The notes: a model not told the origin generated them from the letters alone. DNA of 60,959 nt, filler included, from Nitrospinae bacterium RIFCSPLOWO2_12_FULL_45_22 (GCA_001803565.1; 4 parts of 4 records of this genome joined end to end with filler, not necessarily neighbours in it), one strand, 5' to 3'. Counted from the first letter of the whole stretch, positions 24,817 through 34,500 are shown. Numbers and translations: made by a program.

Positions 24817-27810
24817 CTACAGCTCTATTACCCAGATCATTTTATCGCCTTTTTTCACCCGGGTTAAATTACCCAGGCTGGTAGGAAGAGAATCTATCTC
24901 TTTTGCTTGAAAGAGGCGAGTCAACTCTTCTTCAGTATCTCGAATCTTGAGTTCTATATCATTCCGGCTTTTCTTCATTGCTATATAGCTCTCCAGCAAC
25001 TGCTCTACCAAAGGTTCTGGAGGCCTTTCAATAGCTGTTTCCAGGCCGGCCGCAGGGGCCGTAGTTTCTTGGTCGGGAGCAGGTACTTGCGGCTCTTGTG
25101 TAATTGCCGCATCAAGCTCCTTATCTTCAGGAGGTTCCAGAGCGGTATCCGGGCAGGAAATTCCGGTAGGCTCTTCCTGCTCTTGTGCCTTTATCTTAAT
25201 AATGGTATCTGGATCGGCATAGAGAACCGGGGAGGGATAACCTTTTTCCGGTACCGGAAACTCGCAATAACAGCCGATACTGGGGGTAAGATCACTGAGC
25301 CATTCTCTGATCCGGGGGCAGCTAACTGGATAGGGCTTCAGGCGCTTTATCCAGCGCCCGGTCCTATTAGGATCATAATTAAGACAATGGCCAATAATTT
25401 GGTGGAGAGCTTGTTTGCCTGCCTTTCCCAGAAGGCCCAGGGTATGGAGCAGGGTTAAACGCTCATAATGGCCAAGTTCTTGCTCAGATTCGGCCTTCCG
25501 GGCCAGGAAGCGGATCACATTACATCGCTCTAATACCCTCTTCACCCCCTCATTATCTTCTGAATCTTCTGGCATCTTGGGTGAGGGTAGCTTTTGGGCA
25601 CGCAGAATCATACTGGCCTGCCGCAATTTTTCTGGGGAGATGAGTTCTAGCTGGGTCAATATTTCCAGTTGATTGTCATAGGGTTTACCGGCTGTATCAA
25701 GGAAAAGGGCACGTCTTTGATTTATCTGATGAATGCCTAAAGGTAGTTTTATCAAAGAGCCCAGGGCATCTTTGCTCACATAATCCTGTTTAGGAAAGAT
25801 CTCCCAATGGATACCAGCCGGTGNNNNNNNNNNNNNNNNNNNNNNNNNNNNNNNNNNNNNNNNNNNNNNNAATATATCCTTAAGAAATTCGCGTACTTCG
25901 GCGGCCCTTATAGGCTGAGAGAAAAAGAACCATAAATGCCTGCCTTTCCAGCCACTATCTTCGACATAAACCGGGATGCCCAAGCCCTTCGAGATATCTC
26001 GGAGTTTATGGGCTTCCTTCTGCACCAGCGCCTCCCATTCCGACCAGGTATCAAAGGGCTGGCATTGTTCGTTTATGGTCTGTTTGGTGAGATCAATATC
26101 AATAACCCCTACTTTAACGGTATTATCACTCCTCATCAGATATAGTCCCAGGGTAGTTTTACCTTGCAGATGACTTTGGACATCATCTGGGCTCAAGGGT
26201 TTATGCACTGGCATATAGCCGCTACGGCCAGTGTTATCTACCCATTGCTGGGCAAATACCCCTTCCCGGCCAGAGAAGAGGCGCAAGAACTGTTGGATCT
26301 GCTCAGTGGTATAAGCTACAACCGGGTCTGGTTTTTCTTCTTTTGCAACGGCATGCGCCGGTGGCGGCTCAGGTGGCTTTATATCGGGGTCTAATTCTCT
26401 GGCTCGAGCAAGGGCCTTCCGGGCAGCACCATACAAGCCCCATCTCCCCAGGGCAATCCCTAAGGCAAGATGGGCCTCTGCTGATTCTGGGGCCAGTTGC
26501 ACTGCCCGTTGCAAGTAGCGGATGGCCTTATCCATCTTCCCTTGCCTGAGCAGGGCAACTCCGAGATGATATATTGCCTCTTTATGATCGGGCTTTATCT
26601 TTAATGCCTGGTAAAAATTCTCTCGGGCTTCCTCTTCCATTTGTAGGGCCTGACAAAGGATACCCCATTGGTAGTAGAGCTCGGCCTCGGTTGAAGGCAA
26701 TTCCATCCCTTCCAGGACTATCTCTTTTGCCTTCTCTTCTTCGTTAGACTGGAGTAATAAGGCAGCCTTAAGGATCTGGGCTGGGATAGTGTCTTTGTGA
26801 GCATCCAGGATAGCATCTAGCTCCCTCTGCAGGTTCGCCTGGTCAGCAGCACTCATCTGGAAATAATTCAGCCACCCCCGCATAATACTTTTCAGCTTTG
26901 CCGCCAAATCTACAGGCGGTATCTCTTGGGCAGCCGATAATTGTTGTTCAATCTTTGCCTTCAGACGATCAAGAGCCCTGGATGTAGGCCTCTTACCCTC
27001 CGGAGTAAAATGGTATCCCAGGAAGACAAATCCCTGCTCCAGGGAGCAGATACGGGTCTTATCTTCATTGAACCGGAGGTAGAGCTTCTTTTCAAGGATT
27101 TCTCGGGCAATATCCAGGGCAGTTCGGGCCTCTTCTTCTGTGAGGCATAGGACTAAGATATCATCTGCATATCTAATATAGTGTCCTGGAGACCTGACCA
27201 TCACCTCATCTAAGGGATGAAGATAGATATTAGCCAGCAAAGGAGAAAGGACCATACCCTGGGGTATGCCAATTGGGGCTCCACCCGGGGGCTTGATGCT
27301 GTCCTGTATCAGCCTCAGGACTTTGGCATCGGTTATCTTCAAAGAGATAAGCTCCACAAGGAGGGTCTGGTCTATGCTATCAAAGAAATTATCAATATCG
27401 GCATCTACGATCCAATGCCTACCTTTTTTGATATTTCGCTCGATTCGTGCTATGGCTTTATGGGCGGAGCGGCCGGGCCGGTATCCATAAGAGCAATCAA
27501 GAAACTGGACATCAAATATAGGTTGCAGGACCAGCAAGAGGGCTTCCTGTACAATCCTATCCCTTATAGCCGGGATTTTGAGCTCTCTCTCATCTTTCCC
27601 TTTAAAGCTCAATAAGGGAAGGGGTTCATACAGGTCTTGCCGGACCAGGTTTAGTAGGAGAGAAAGATTATCAGTGAGGTTGGCCTCGAAGTCCCCCAGA
27701 GAAACCCGGTCTATGCCGGGCGAGCCCATATTGGCCTTGACCCTCTGCCAGGCCTGACGGAAGTTTTCTTCAGTAGATAACTTTTGCCAGAGGGCGATAT
27801 CCCCTTTCAA
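24817..27810 (-). CDS. CRISPR-associated reverse transcriptase-TPR-primase/polymerase fusion (CART-CAPP architecture)
   Basis: RT: IPAIRDRIVQ, DADIDNFFD, GIPQG, YIRYADD, FLGY, RGWLNYF; several TPRs; AEP: FSGREG, VIDID, SGWKGRH, EIFPKQD, LIKLPLG; Cys-rich C-terminal domain; TTG start with AAGGAGG RBS; N gap at 25824-25870. Confidence 0.93.
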   Translation of the reverse strand: MKGDIALWQKLSTEENFRQAWQRVKANMGSPGIDRVSLGDFEANLTDNLSLLLNLVRQDLYEPLPLLSFKGKDERELKIPAIRDRIVQEALLLVLQPIFDVQFLDCSYGYRPGRSAHKAIARIERNIKKGRHWIVDADIDNFFDSIDQTLLVELISLKITDAKVLRLIQDSIKPPGGAPIGIPQGMVLSPLLANIYLHPLDEVMVRSPGHYIRYADDILVLCLTEEEARTALDIAREILEKKLYLRFNEDKTRICSLEQGFVFLGYHFTPEGKRPTSRALDRLKAKIEQQLSAAQEIPPVDLAAKLKSIMRGWLNYFQMSAADQANLQRELDAILDAHKDTIPAQILKAALLLQSNEEEKAKEIVLEGMELPSTEAELYYQWGILCQALQMEEEARENFYQALKIKPDHKEAIYHLGVALLRQGKMDKAIRYLQRAVQLAPESAEAHLALGIALGRWGLYGAARKALARARELDPDIKPPEPPPAHAVAKEEKPDPVVAYTTEQIQQFLRLFSGREGVFAQQWVDNTGRSGYMPVHKPLSPDDVQSHLQGKTTLGLYLMRSDNTVKVGVIDIDLTKQTINEQCQPFDTWSEWEALVQKEAHKLRDISKGLGIPVYVEDSGWKGRHLWFFFSQPIRAAEVREFLKDIXXXXXXXXXXXXXXXXXPAGIHWEIFPKQDYVSKDALGSLIKLPLGIHQINQRRALFLDTAGKPYDNQLEILTQLELISPEKLRQASMILRAQKLPSPKMPEDSEDNEGVKRVLERCNVIRFLARKAESEQELGHYERLTLLHTLGLLGKAGKQALHQIIGHCLNYDPNRTGRWIKRLKPYPVSCPRIREWLSDLTPSIGCYCEFPVPEKGYPSPVLYADPDTIIKIKAQEQEEPTGISCPDTALEPPEDKELDAAITQEPQVPAPDQETTAPAAGLETAIERPPEPLVEQLLESYIAMKKSRNDIELKIRDTEEELTRLFQAKEIDSLPTSLGNLTRVKKGDKMIWVIEL

Positions 27811-27942
27811 TAAGAATCCTCCTTCACCTCAGAGCACGCAAAGAACGCTGAGAGGATAGTTACTCCGAGAGGGGTTGGGAGTAGTCAAAAGCCGAAGTAT
27901 GATAACTAACCGTTCACTACTGAATAACCTCCAATATCTCTC

Positions 27943-28899
27943 CTACTCGATACGATATTTTCCCAGGCCATAAACAGTACCTTTGCCTACATGGAGATAT
28001 TCACCAAGTTTTATAAACGGGAGGAACTCAGCCAGCTCACCCGCAAAGGTCATCTTATTTACAAAGCCACCCATCTTTATCCTGGTTTGCTGCCGCTGAG
28101 AATAGCGCTCCCAGTCCTGCCATTGCAACCCAGAATGTATGACCTTTACTTTCTCTCTTGCTTTCCCCAGGAGTGCTTTATAATCCAGCTCCCACTTATT
28201 ATCACAGTGTATTTCTGCTAGCCAGGATAGTCTCCGCAGGATATTCTTCAGCAATATCTCAAAATCTATCTCCTTGGTCAGCCTCCCCTGGTATTTGATC
28301 CGGGTAGGGGTGCAGAACCGGAGGCTTATCTGCGAAGGCTCATACCTCTTAGCCTCGTCCGATACCTCAGTGAAGGTCTTTACTTGATACCGGGTAGTGA
28401 AGCTCCTGGTCTTTCCATCAAAGATAGATAAACCAGAGTCCTCATTGACATGGCCCAGGTTTTCAACCTTCACGATATGGTATCTACCCCTTCCCCGGCC
28501 GAGGCCTTTCCGGCCCAGCTCATCAAAGGTATAGACAAAATAAGGTAAATACTCTATGGCGCGGCCTATCAGGAGCAGGTTAAAGGCAAACTCTTCGTCT
28601 GGCTGGTAGTTCTGCTGCGGGGTAAGGGGCGGCTCTATTATAAAAGGGTGGGGGAAATAATTGGTATTCTTTCCGGTTTCACCCAGGGGGGGTGTCTCGA
28701 AGATGAAGGAATAGGAGCATTTCGCTCGCAGCATACACCGCAGGCAGTCCTGATTTTTTTCTATACATACTACCTGCTTAAAGACATTGCCAAATCCACC
28801 CCGCAGGGCAGAGCCTTTATAGGCAGGCAGAGAGAGGGGCTCAAGGGCCTGGCAATAAAACCGGAAGATAGCAAAGGTAAGGTTTATCTCGGGTTCCAT
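27943..28899 (-). CDS. cas6: Cas6 endoribonuclease
   Basis: YKGSALRGGFG, PHPFIIEPP, FCTPTRIK, C-terminal G-loop HVGKGTVYGLGKY. Confidence 0.95.
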   Translation of the reverse strand: MEPEINLTFAIFRFYCQALEPLSLPAYKGSALRGGFGNVFKQVVCIEKNQDCLRCMLRAKCSYSFIFETPPLGETGKNTNYFPHPFIIEPPLTPQQNYQPDEEFAFNLLLIGRAIEYLPYFVYTFDELGRKGLGRGRGRYHIVKVENLGHVNEDSGLSIFDGKTRSFTTRYQVKTFTEVSDEAKRYEPSQISLRFCTPTRIKYQGRLTKEIDFEILLKNILRRLSWLAEIHCDNKWELDYKALLGKAREKVKVIHSGLQWQDWERYSQRQQTRIKMGGFVNKMTFAGELAEFLPFIKLGEYLHVGKGTVYGLGKYRIE

Positions 28900-28992
28900 T
28901 ATTGGATAACCCCTTCTTCAGGTTTTTTTCTTCTCCCACTAGGGCACAAAAACTCCAAAATCGCAAGACCATTTGCCTGATGCCTAGCCCTG

Positions 28993-29049
28993 TTACTTAA
29001 ATAGGTAACGGGCAGTAACCACTCGCTGTATCTGATTGGTCCCTTCAAA
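28993..29049 (-). CDS. 3' end of an acyl-CoA dehydrogenase (not in the ORF track)
   Basis: Minus strand reads FEGTNQIQRVVTARYLFK*, the EGTNQIQR C-terminal signature. Confidence 0.8.
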   Translation of the reverse strand, partial: FEGTNQIQRVVTARYLFK

Positions 29050-29050
29050 G

Positions 29051-29150
29051 NNNNNNNNNNNNNNNNNNNNNNNNNNNNNNNNNNNNNNNNNNNNTTAATT
29101 AATTAANNNNNNNNNNNNNNNNNNNNNNNNNNNNNNNNNNNNNNNNNNNN
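29051..29150. other. Artificial contig linker
   Basis: N run - TTAATTAATTAA - N run. Confidence 0.98.
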
Positions 29151-29471
29151 CCTAGAAGGCTCTTATTCAGGGATGACATGCCTGATTGGGATATGCTCCC
29201 GGATATCCGCTACGATAAGATGTTTGAGGCTATTGGCTGCCACGGTGAGCAGGTAGAAAATCCTGAAGATATACGACCGGCTTTAGAGCGGGCCTTTAAT
29301 TCCGGTAAGACGGCTGTAATAAACGCCCTGGTAGATAAAGATGTGATTCATCCTATGCTTCAGTCTCCCTTATTGGGTCAATTCCTTATGTGGCATCCTT
29401 ATGAAGAGATGACAGACTTTGCCAAGAAGCTGGCCGAACCGGTCTTCCGTATGCTGGGACTTATAAAATAG
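29151..29471 (+). CDS. C-terminal part of a thiamine-pyrophosphate-binding enzyme (acetolactate synthase-like)
   Basis: RYDKMFEAIGCHGEQVENPEDIRPALERAFNSGKTAVINALVD. Confidence 0.85.
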   Translation, partial: PRRLLFRDDMPDWDMLPDIRYDKMFEAIGCHGEQVENPEDIRPALERAFNSGKTAVINALVDKDVIHPMLQSPLLGQFLMWHPYEEMTDFAKKLAEPVFRMLGLIK

Positions 29472-29599
29472 TGAGTGGTGAATGGTAACTGGTGAGTGGT
29501 GAATGGTAACTGGTGAGTGGTGAATGGTAACTGGTGAGTAGTGAATGGTAACTGGTGAGTAGTGCCAATTAACCAATCACCACTCACCAATTAACCAGT
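29471..29599. repeat. 21-bp tandem repeat (4.5 copies, built from 7-mers) with a short inverted arm
   Basis: GTGAGT(G/A)GTGAATGGTAACTG at 29471, 29492, 29513, 29534, partial at 29555; then CCAATCACCACTCACCAATTAACCAGT. Confidence 0.95.
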
Positions 29600-29625
29600 A
29601 AAAAGGGAGGGAGGTGAAGGGGAAG

Positions 29626-30000
29626 ATGGCCGAGGAAAAGATAGGGGAAGTAGTAAAATATTTCGCTAAGCCCGGGGTAGCTGCAATCCAGTTAAGCAAA
29701 GGCTCTCTGANNNNNNNNNNNNNNNNNNNNNNNNNNNNNNNNNNNNNNGAAAAGATAGGGGAAGTAGTAAAATATTTCGCTAAGCCCGGGGTAGCTGCAA
29801 TCCAGTTAAGCAAAGGCTCTCTGAATATTGGCGACACCATTCATATAAAAGGGCATACTACCGACTTTGAGCAGCAGATCCAATCTATGCAGATCGAACA
29901 CCAATATGTCCAGAGTGCTGGCCCGGGACAATCCATAGGTATTAAGGTAAGGGATAGGGTTCGGGAAGGAGATGCAGTTTATAAAGTTACTGCTGATTAG
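29626..30000 (+). CDS. Small translation-elongation-factor-like beta-barrel protein (~86 aa once the assembly duplication is removed)
   Basis: IGEVVKYFAKPGVAAI, GDTIHIKGHTTDFEQ, SMQIEH, RVREGD; 29635-29710 is duplicated at 29749-29824 across an N gap. Confidence 0.85.
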   Translation: MAEEKIGEVVKYFAKPGVAAIQLSKGSLXXXXXXXXXXXXXEKIGEVVKYFAKPGVAAIQLSKGSLNIGDTIHIKGHTTDFEQQIQSMQIEHQYVQSAGPGQSIGIKVRDRVREGDAVYKVTAD

Positions 30001-30046
30001 GTACACGTCATTCTTCGTAGCCTCAGCGCCTTGTGTTGCTACAAGT

Positions 30047-31270
30047 TTATGGGGGGGCAAGTTTAAAGATAAGGATACCGTGGGATATAGCCCCGTAAAG
30101 GAAACCGTTATTAGCCATCATGGTGCTGTAAGCAAGGATACCTTTACCTTTTGGCAGGGCATCGAGGCCTGGCCCGGTTTCTGGCAGAAGGGGTATGAAG
30201 TCAATACCCTGGCTATTTTCCTCAAAATAATATAGCCTGCCAGACCAGGCAGTCGCTATAGTAACCGCATTCCTGTGTTTTATATCCTGGATAACATCAA
30301 AGGGGAGGGGTTTTTTGTCTATAATCAAGCTCACTATCTTACCTCCGGGATAGGTAATACTCATTTGCCAGGAGCCATCCTCTGATCGTTCTGCTACCCA
30401 CTTCTTACCCTGACGATCAAAACTCATAAAAAAGACCTCCCGGGCCATAATCCTCTGCCTAACCCGGCCATCAGGCCCCAGGACAAAGGTGTCATGCCGG
30501 ACCAGATCACCCTCTAAGGAAAACATATCGGTATTGATAATCATCTCACCCGTTATAGGCGAGACAGCGATGCTTTTTGGAGCGATAATAAACCCTGGAA
30601 GGTGAATGAAAAACTCTTTTAAAAGTCTACCCGAAGGGGTTATGACCACTACACTACCACTTTTTCCTGCAGAACTGTAACGAGTAACATAAATCTCTCC
30701 CCCAGGGCCTTGATAAAGTTCATTAAGCCCCGCCCCCAACCCTTTAAAGTAGACAACCCTTTTGCTATTGGGGTTGACATAACCCATAGTGTCAAAAAAG
30801 GTAGTAAAATAGACATTATGATTTTCTGTATGGTAGAGGACATCAAGGAGCGATGCCTTCCCGTGTCCCACTTTTAATGGTGCCAGAAAGGTATCTTTCT
30901 CGGTATCGAATCTGCCAATAAGATAATCCCCTTCTTCGCGAAGGTCTCCTTGCGGGTCAGGCTCTTTAGCAGCAAAATATGCCCGCCAAAAGGGACTCTG
31001 GCCAAAATAGATGATCCGCCCATCTGTATCGGCAAACCAACTATCATAAACCTCCTTCCCCTGATTAGTCTGAAGGCCAATATAATAAGTAGTATTGCCT
31101 CTATGATTACTTTCCAGTAAATATGGGGAAGAGTTACGGCAGGACGATGGCTGGAATAGGAACAACCAGCTCAGAAGGAAAAGCAGGCAATTAATGTTTG
31201 GGTTTTTGCCCATAGGCCCACCAACCCCGACACCAAAAGTTGTTGCTAAACCAGGTATCTGAGCGATCAA
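30047..31270 (-). CDS. Secreted hypothetical protein, probable beta-propeller (true start probably MGKNPN, ~31213)
   Basis: Hydrophobic signal-like segment ending in Cys; repeated blade-like motifs (GPGGEIYVT, SPITGEMII, DRQGKKWV). Confidence 0.65.
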   Translation of the reverse strand: MIAQIPGLATTFGVGVGGPMGKNPNINCLLFLLSWLFLFQPSSCRNSSPYLLESNHRGNTTYYIGLQTNQGKEVYDSWFADTDGRIIYFGQSPFWRAYFAAKEPDPQGDLREEGDYLIGRFDTEKDTFLAPLKVGHGKASLLDVLYHTENHNVYFTTFFDTMGYVNPNSKRVVYFKGLGAGLNELYQGPGGEIYVTRYSSAGKSGSVVVITPSGRLLKEFFIHLPGFIIAPKSIAVSPITGEMIINTDMFSLEGDLVRHDTFVLGPDGRVRQRIMAREVFFMSFDRQGKKWVAERSEDGSWQMSITYPGGKIVSLIIDKKPLPFDVIQDIKHRNAVTIATAWSGRLYYFEENSQGIDFIPLLPETGPGLDALPKGKGILAYSTMMANNGFLYGAISHGILIFKLAPP

Positions 31271-32066
31271 AACGTTGCCAGAGAGCTAAAAACCTTTTCA
31301 AGATTCCTACAAAAACTCGTTCTAAAAATTGCGGTAGTATGAGTCTCGGGAAGGGATTATTGCCCTTAATTACTGTTCCTTCCAATCCGGCTTCTTTAAG
31401 AAAGGCATGATATTCTTGTCGTGAAAAACGGTTTTCAAAGAATTCCGGAGAAAGCCTTTGCCTTATCCATCCCCAACCCTTCTTCCATTTGAAAGTAAAG
31501 ATAGCATACAAAGCCACCAGAGGGATATTGAAAAATAAATCTGCTAAAGTTTGAACCGAAAATCGCCCGGGAACAATATCAGCAAACAAGACCCCTCCGG
31601 GTTTCAAAACCCTTACCATCTCCCCTAACACGGGCCTAACATCAACAAAATGCTCCAGGAGACCAAAACTCATTACTGCCTCAAAACAATTATCAGGAAA
31701 AGGAAGGCTTAATACATCGCCCCGGACAAAGAATCCCTTTTGGCCATAGTAGTCAAAAGAATATTGGGCCAGTTGTAGGGCACTGCCAGCCTTATCGAGC
31801 ATAGTGGTCTGATAACCTCTGCTGGCAAGGTGGAGGGAGACACCAGCACTCCCGCAGCCACACTCTAAAGAAGGGGTCCTTTGTTGGGGGGAAAAAATGC
31901 CAGCCAGATACTGAAATTTGATATATTCATACAACTCCCACTGGGTAGTAACTTGATAAAGGTGCTCTTTATAGAAACTGGTCTTAGATTGCCAAAAAGA
32001 TTCCCATAAATTATTTTGTTTATCATCCATCACAATCTTGTTGCTAGCTCTAGTAGTTTGGGTCAT
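31191..32066 (-). CDS. Class I SAM-dependent methyltransferase
   Basis: LECGCGSAG, GDVLSLPFPDNCFE, GLLEHF, RVLKPGG. Confidence 0.92.
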   Translation of the reverse strand: MTQTTRASNKIVMDDKQNNLWESFWQSKTSFYKEHLYQVTTQWELYEYIKFQYLAGIFSPQQRTPSLECGCGSAGVSLHLASRGYQTTMLDKAGSALQLAQYSFDYYGQKGFFVRGDVLSLPFPDNCFEAVMSFGLLEHFVDVRPVLGEMVRVLKPGGVLFADIVPGRFSVQTLADLFFNIPLVALYAIFTFKWKKGWGWIRQRLSPEFFENRFSRQEYHAFLKEAGLEGTVIKGNNPFPRLILPQFLERVFVGILKRFLALWQRFDRSDTWFSNNFWCRGWWAYGQKPKH

Positions 32067-32292
32067 AAATTTGTATAATTATAACCCAAAGGAGAAGGGA
32101 AAGAACTATGGATTTTATCCCTCATCCCCCAACCAACCTCAAAATAATCGTTAAAAAATTAACGCATTGACCAATTTTTTGACGTCAGGGCTAATAGGTT
32201 AACTTTCACTCCCCAAAAATAACCCCTCCCAATCTCAATACTATTAAGTCTTGCGGCCAAGGCAGCAAACCCAAAGGGGATAAATCTGGCTG

Positions 32293-32307
32293 TGGCATGA
32301 TAATTGC
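32293..32307 (+). promoter_or_regulatory. Sigma-54 (-24/-12) promoter for the EPS export operon
   Basis: TGGCATGATAATTGC with exact GG-N10-GC spacing, ~130 nt upstream of the ATPase gene. Confidence 0.75.
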
Positions 32308-32434
32308 TTTTCCTCATATTCGCTGTTAAAGGCAAGAGGCATCTTTGCGTATATTTCTCACCCATAGGCAGGAAAGACTAAACTATTTTTAGTATCTAGC
32401 CGATAAAGAGATAGAAGGATAACAATTTCTCGGG

Positions 32435-33247
32435 GTGGAGTTAATGGACATGGAAGAGTATTGGGGGTTAAAAGAGCCCCCGTTCGAGAATGTACCTGAT
32501 CCGCGGTTTTTCTATGCCGCACCACAGCATGAGGAAGCTTTGACCAGACTGATTTATGCGGCCAGCCGGAGAAAGGGTGCCGCGATGCTTACCGGAGATG
32601 TGGGGTGTGGAAAGACCCTTTTAAGCCGGGTCTTTATCCAGGGCCTCTCTAGCGACCGTTATGAAGTAGCCCTTATAGTTAATCCCGTCATGAATCCCTT
32701 AGACTTGATAAGAGAAGTTATTTATCAGTTTGGGATAAAAAATAAATATTCTTCTAAGACACAGCTCTTACGCCTCCTGAACACAGAGTTAGCTAAAAAT
32801 CTGCAACGGCAGAAAGATAGCGTTATCATTGTAGATGAGGCCCAGGCCATTAGGGACCTTAACACCTTTGAAGAGCTGCGGTTGCTCTTAAACTTCCAGT
32901 TAAATGATCGCTTTTTATGCACCTTGATCCTATTTGGGCAGCCTGAGCTGCTAAATGTGGTGCGAAAGATCCCCCAGCTAGAACAGAGGATTGCTATAAA
33001 GTACCATATCAGACCTTTCAATCTTGAAGAAACCCTTAGTTACATAAACATCAGGCTTCGAAAAGCAGGGACAGAAAGGATGCTCTTGAGCGAAAAGGCA
33101 ATGCAGATCATCCATCAGTATTCCCAAGGAGTCCCCAGGAAGATCAACAACCTCTGCGATCTTGCCCTCCTGGTAGGATTTAGCTCAAAGGTAAAAGTGG
33201 TTGACGAATCTCTTATATTAAAGATTATTGATGATGGCAGGGGATAG
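32435..33247 (+). CDS. ExeA/GspA-like AAA ATPase
   Basis: WGLKEPPFENVPDP, GDVGCGKT, IIVDEAQ, LFGQPEL, SQGVPRKINNLCD. Confidence 0.93.
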   Translation: MELMDMEEYWGLKEPPFENVPDPRFFYAAPQHEEALTRLIYAASRRKGAAMLTGDVGCGKTLLSRVFIQGLSSDRYEVALIVNPVMNPLDLIREVIYQFGIKNKYSSKTQLLRLLNTELAKNLQRQKDSVIIVDEAQAIRDLNTFEELRLLLNFQLNDRFLCTLILFGQPELLNVVRKIPQLEQRIAIKYHIRPFNLEETLSYINIRLRKAGTERMLLSEKAMQIIHQYSQGVPRKINNLCDLALLVGFSSKVKVVDESLILKIIDDGRG

Positions 33248-33249
33248 AG

Positions 33250-34344
33250 ATGGTTAAACTAATAGACTTAATTAAGCAAGAAGGGGTTCCTGAGAGAAAA
33301 AACCTCTCAGACAAAGGAGGGTTGAGTTTTAAAACTATCTTAGCCTCAGAAGCGTCCTGCGAAGTACACTCTCCTGAGGATCTCAAGCGACCCTCAGAGA
33401 AAAAGCAAAAACAAGGGTTTCTACTCTATGAAAAGATGTGCAGTTTCATAAGGGATATCACCGAAAAGATAGCTAAGAATGAAGGGTTTGCCCTGGAACG
33501 GGGGTTTGAGTTGATAGCTGAAGCTCTAAATCCTCCAGAGAATATCGAGCTCCTCTATTATTGGGCTCTTCATCCCCGGGAGGTCACGGACTTTCTAATT
33601 CGAAAACCGGTTAATGTGTCTGTCTTTTCGTTAAAGATGAGTAGGGGGTTGGGATACAGTCGGGATCAACAGCTAGAATTATGTATTGCTGCCATGTTAC
33701 TTGATATAGGAATGGGGATGATCTCGCAGGAATTGCCCCACAAAGAAGGCTCTTTTACCCCTCAAGAACTAGAAGATATCCAGAAACATCCCATACACGG
33801 CTATGAGAAGATCCTTATCCTGGGAGAAAATTACCAATGGCTGGCAGATATTGTGCTCCAAACCCATGAGAGGGAAGATGGTAGTGGTTATCCCCTGGGG
33901 CTTAAGGGAAAGGATATCCATGAATATGCCAAAATTATTGGAGTAGCTGATACGTTTGAAGCTCTGACCCATTACCGGCCTTATAGGAGACAACTCTCTC
34001 AAGCCGTTAAAGAGATTATAGGATCCCAAAAACATCTGTTTTCTTACCATATCCTCAAGGTATTTATTCAGGAGATGACGGTCTTTCCTATCTCTAGCTA
34101 TGTGAAGTTAAATTCTGGAGTCATCGGGAAGGTCATAACTACCAGCAAAGACCACCCCTTCCGTCCTACTATCGAGATAATATTCGATGCGGAAGGGAAA
34201 AAAGTCAATGGGCACAAGCTTATAAAGTTGAGGGAGGCCCCTTTGCTCCATATTATTGCGCCAGCAGATGAGTTAGAGGCAAATCAATATACTACGGGGG
34301 AGCAATGGCAAGAGGCAGAGGGCATTAGAGCTCTAGGGGTATAA
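33250..34344 (+). CDS. HD-GYP domain protein with degenerate metal-binding motifs
   Basis: LLDIG in place of HDIG; THEREDGSGYP; VADTFEAL; RPYR. Confidence 0.88.
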   Translation: MVKLIDLIKQEGVPERKNLSDKGGLSFKTILASEASCEVHSPEDLKRPSEKKQKQGFLLYEKMCSFIRDITEKIAKNEGFALERGFELIAEALNPPENIELLYYWALHPREVTDFLIRKPVNVSVFSLKMSRGLGYSRDQQLELCIAAMLLDIGMGMISQELPHKEGSFTPQELEDIQKHPIHGYEKILILGENYQWLADIVLQTHEREDGSGYPLGLKGKDIHEYAKIIGVADTFEALTHYRPYRRQLSQAVKEIIGSQKHLFSYHILKVFIQEMTVFPISSYVKLNSGVIGKVITTSKDHPFRPTIEIIFDAEGKKVNGHKLIKLREAPLLHIIAPADELEANQYTTGEQWQEAEGIRALGV

Positions 34345-34500
34345 TTATACCCTCCCAGAATCTTCCTACCTTGTTAAAAAGCCAGATCCATCTGTAGGAG
34401 AGCGAGGGGAGAGAGATGTAATATGGGAGAACAGTTATAGTAGCATGTTAAAGTAGCTAGAAAATAGCTCTACCCTCGAATCAATATAGGAAGAGGTCTC

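Noticed and set aside
24817-27810. RT as a group II intron, retron or DGR
   Set aside because: Short flanks with no intron RNA, msr/msd or TR/VR pair seen; the RT is fused to TPR-AEP between cas6 and cas1
29471-29564. Second CRISPR array
   Set aside because: Head-to-tail repeats with no spacers
29635-29824. 76-bp direct repeat inside the elongation-factor-like gene
   Set aside because: Exact duplicate on both sides of an N gap, typical of unmerged overlapping contig ends
32245-32345. c-di-GMP riboswitch upstream of the EPS operon
   Set aside because: Only GCAAAC-like fragments; the two-stem consensus could not be built, and a sigma-54 box explains the region
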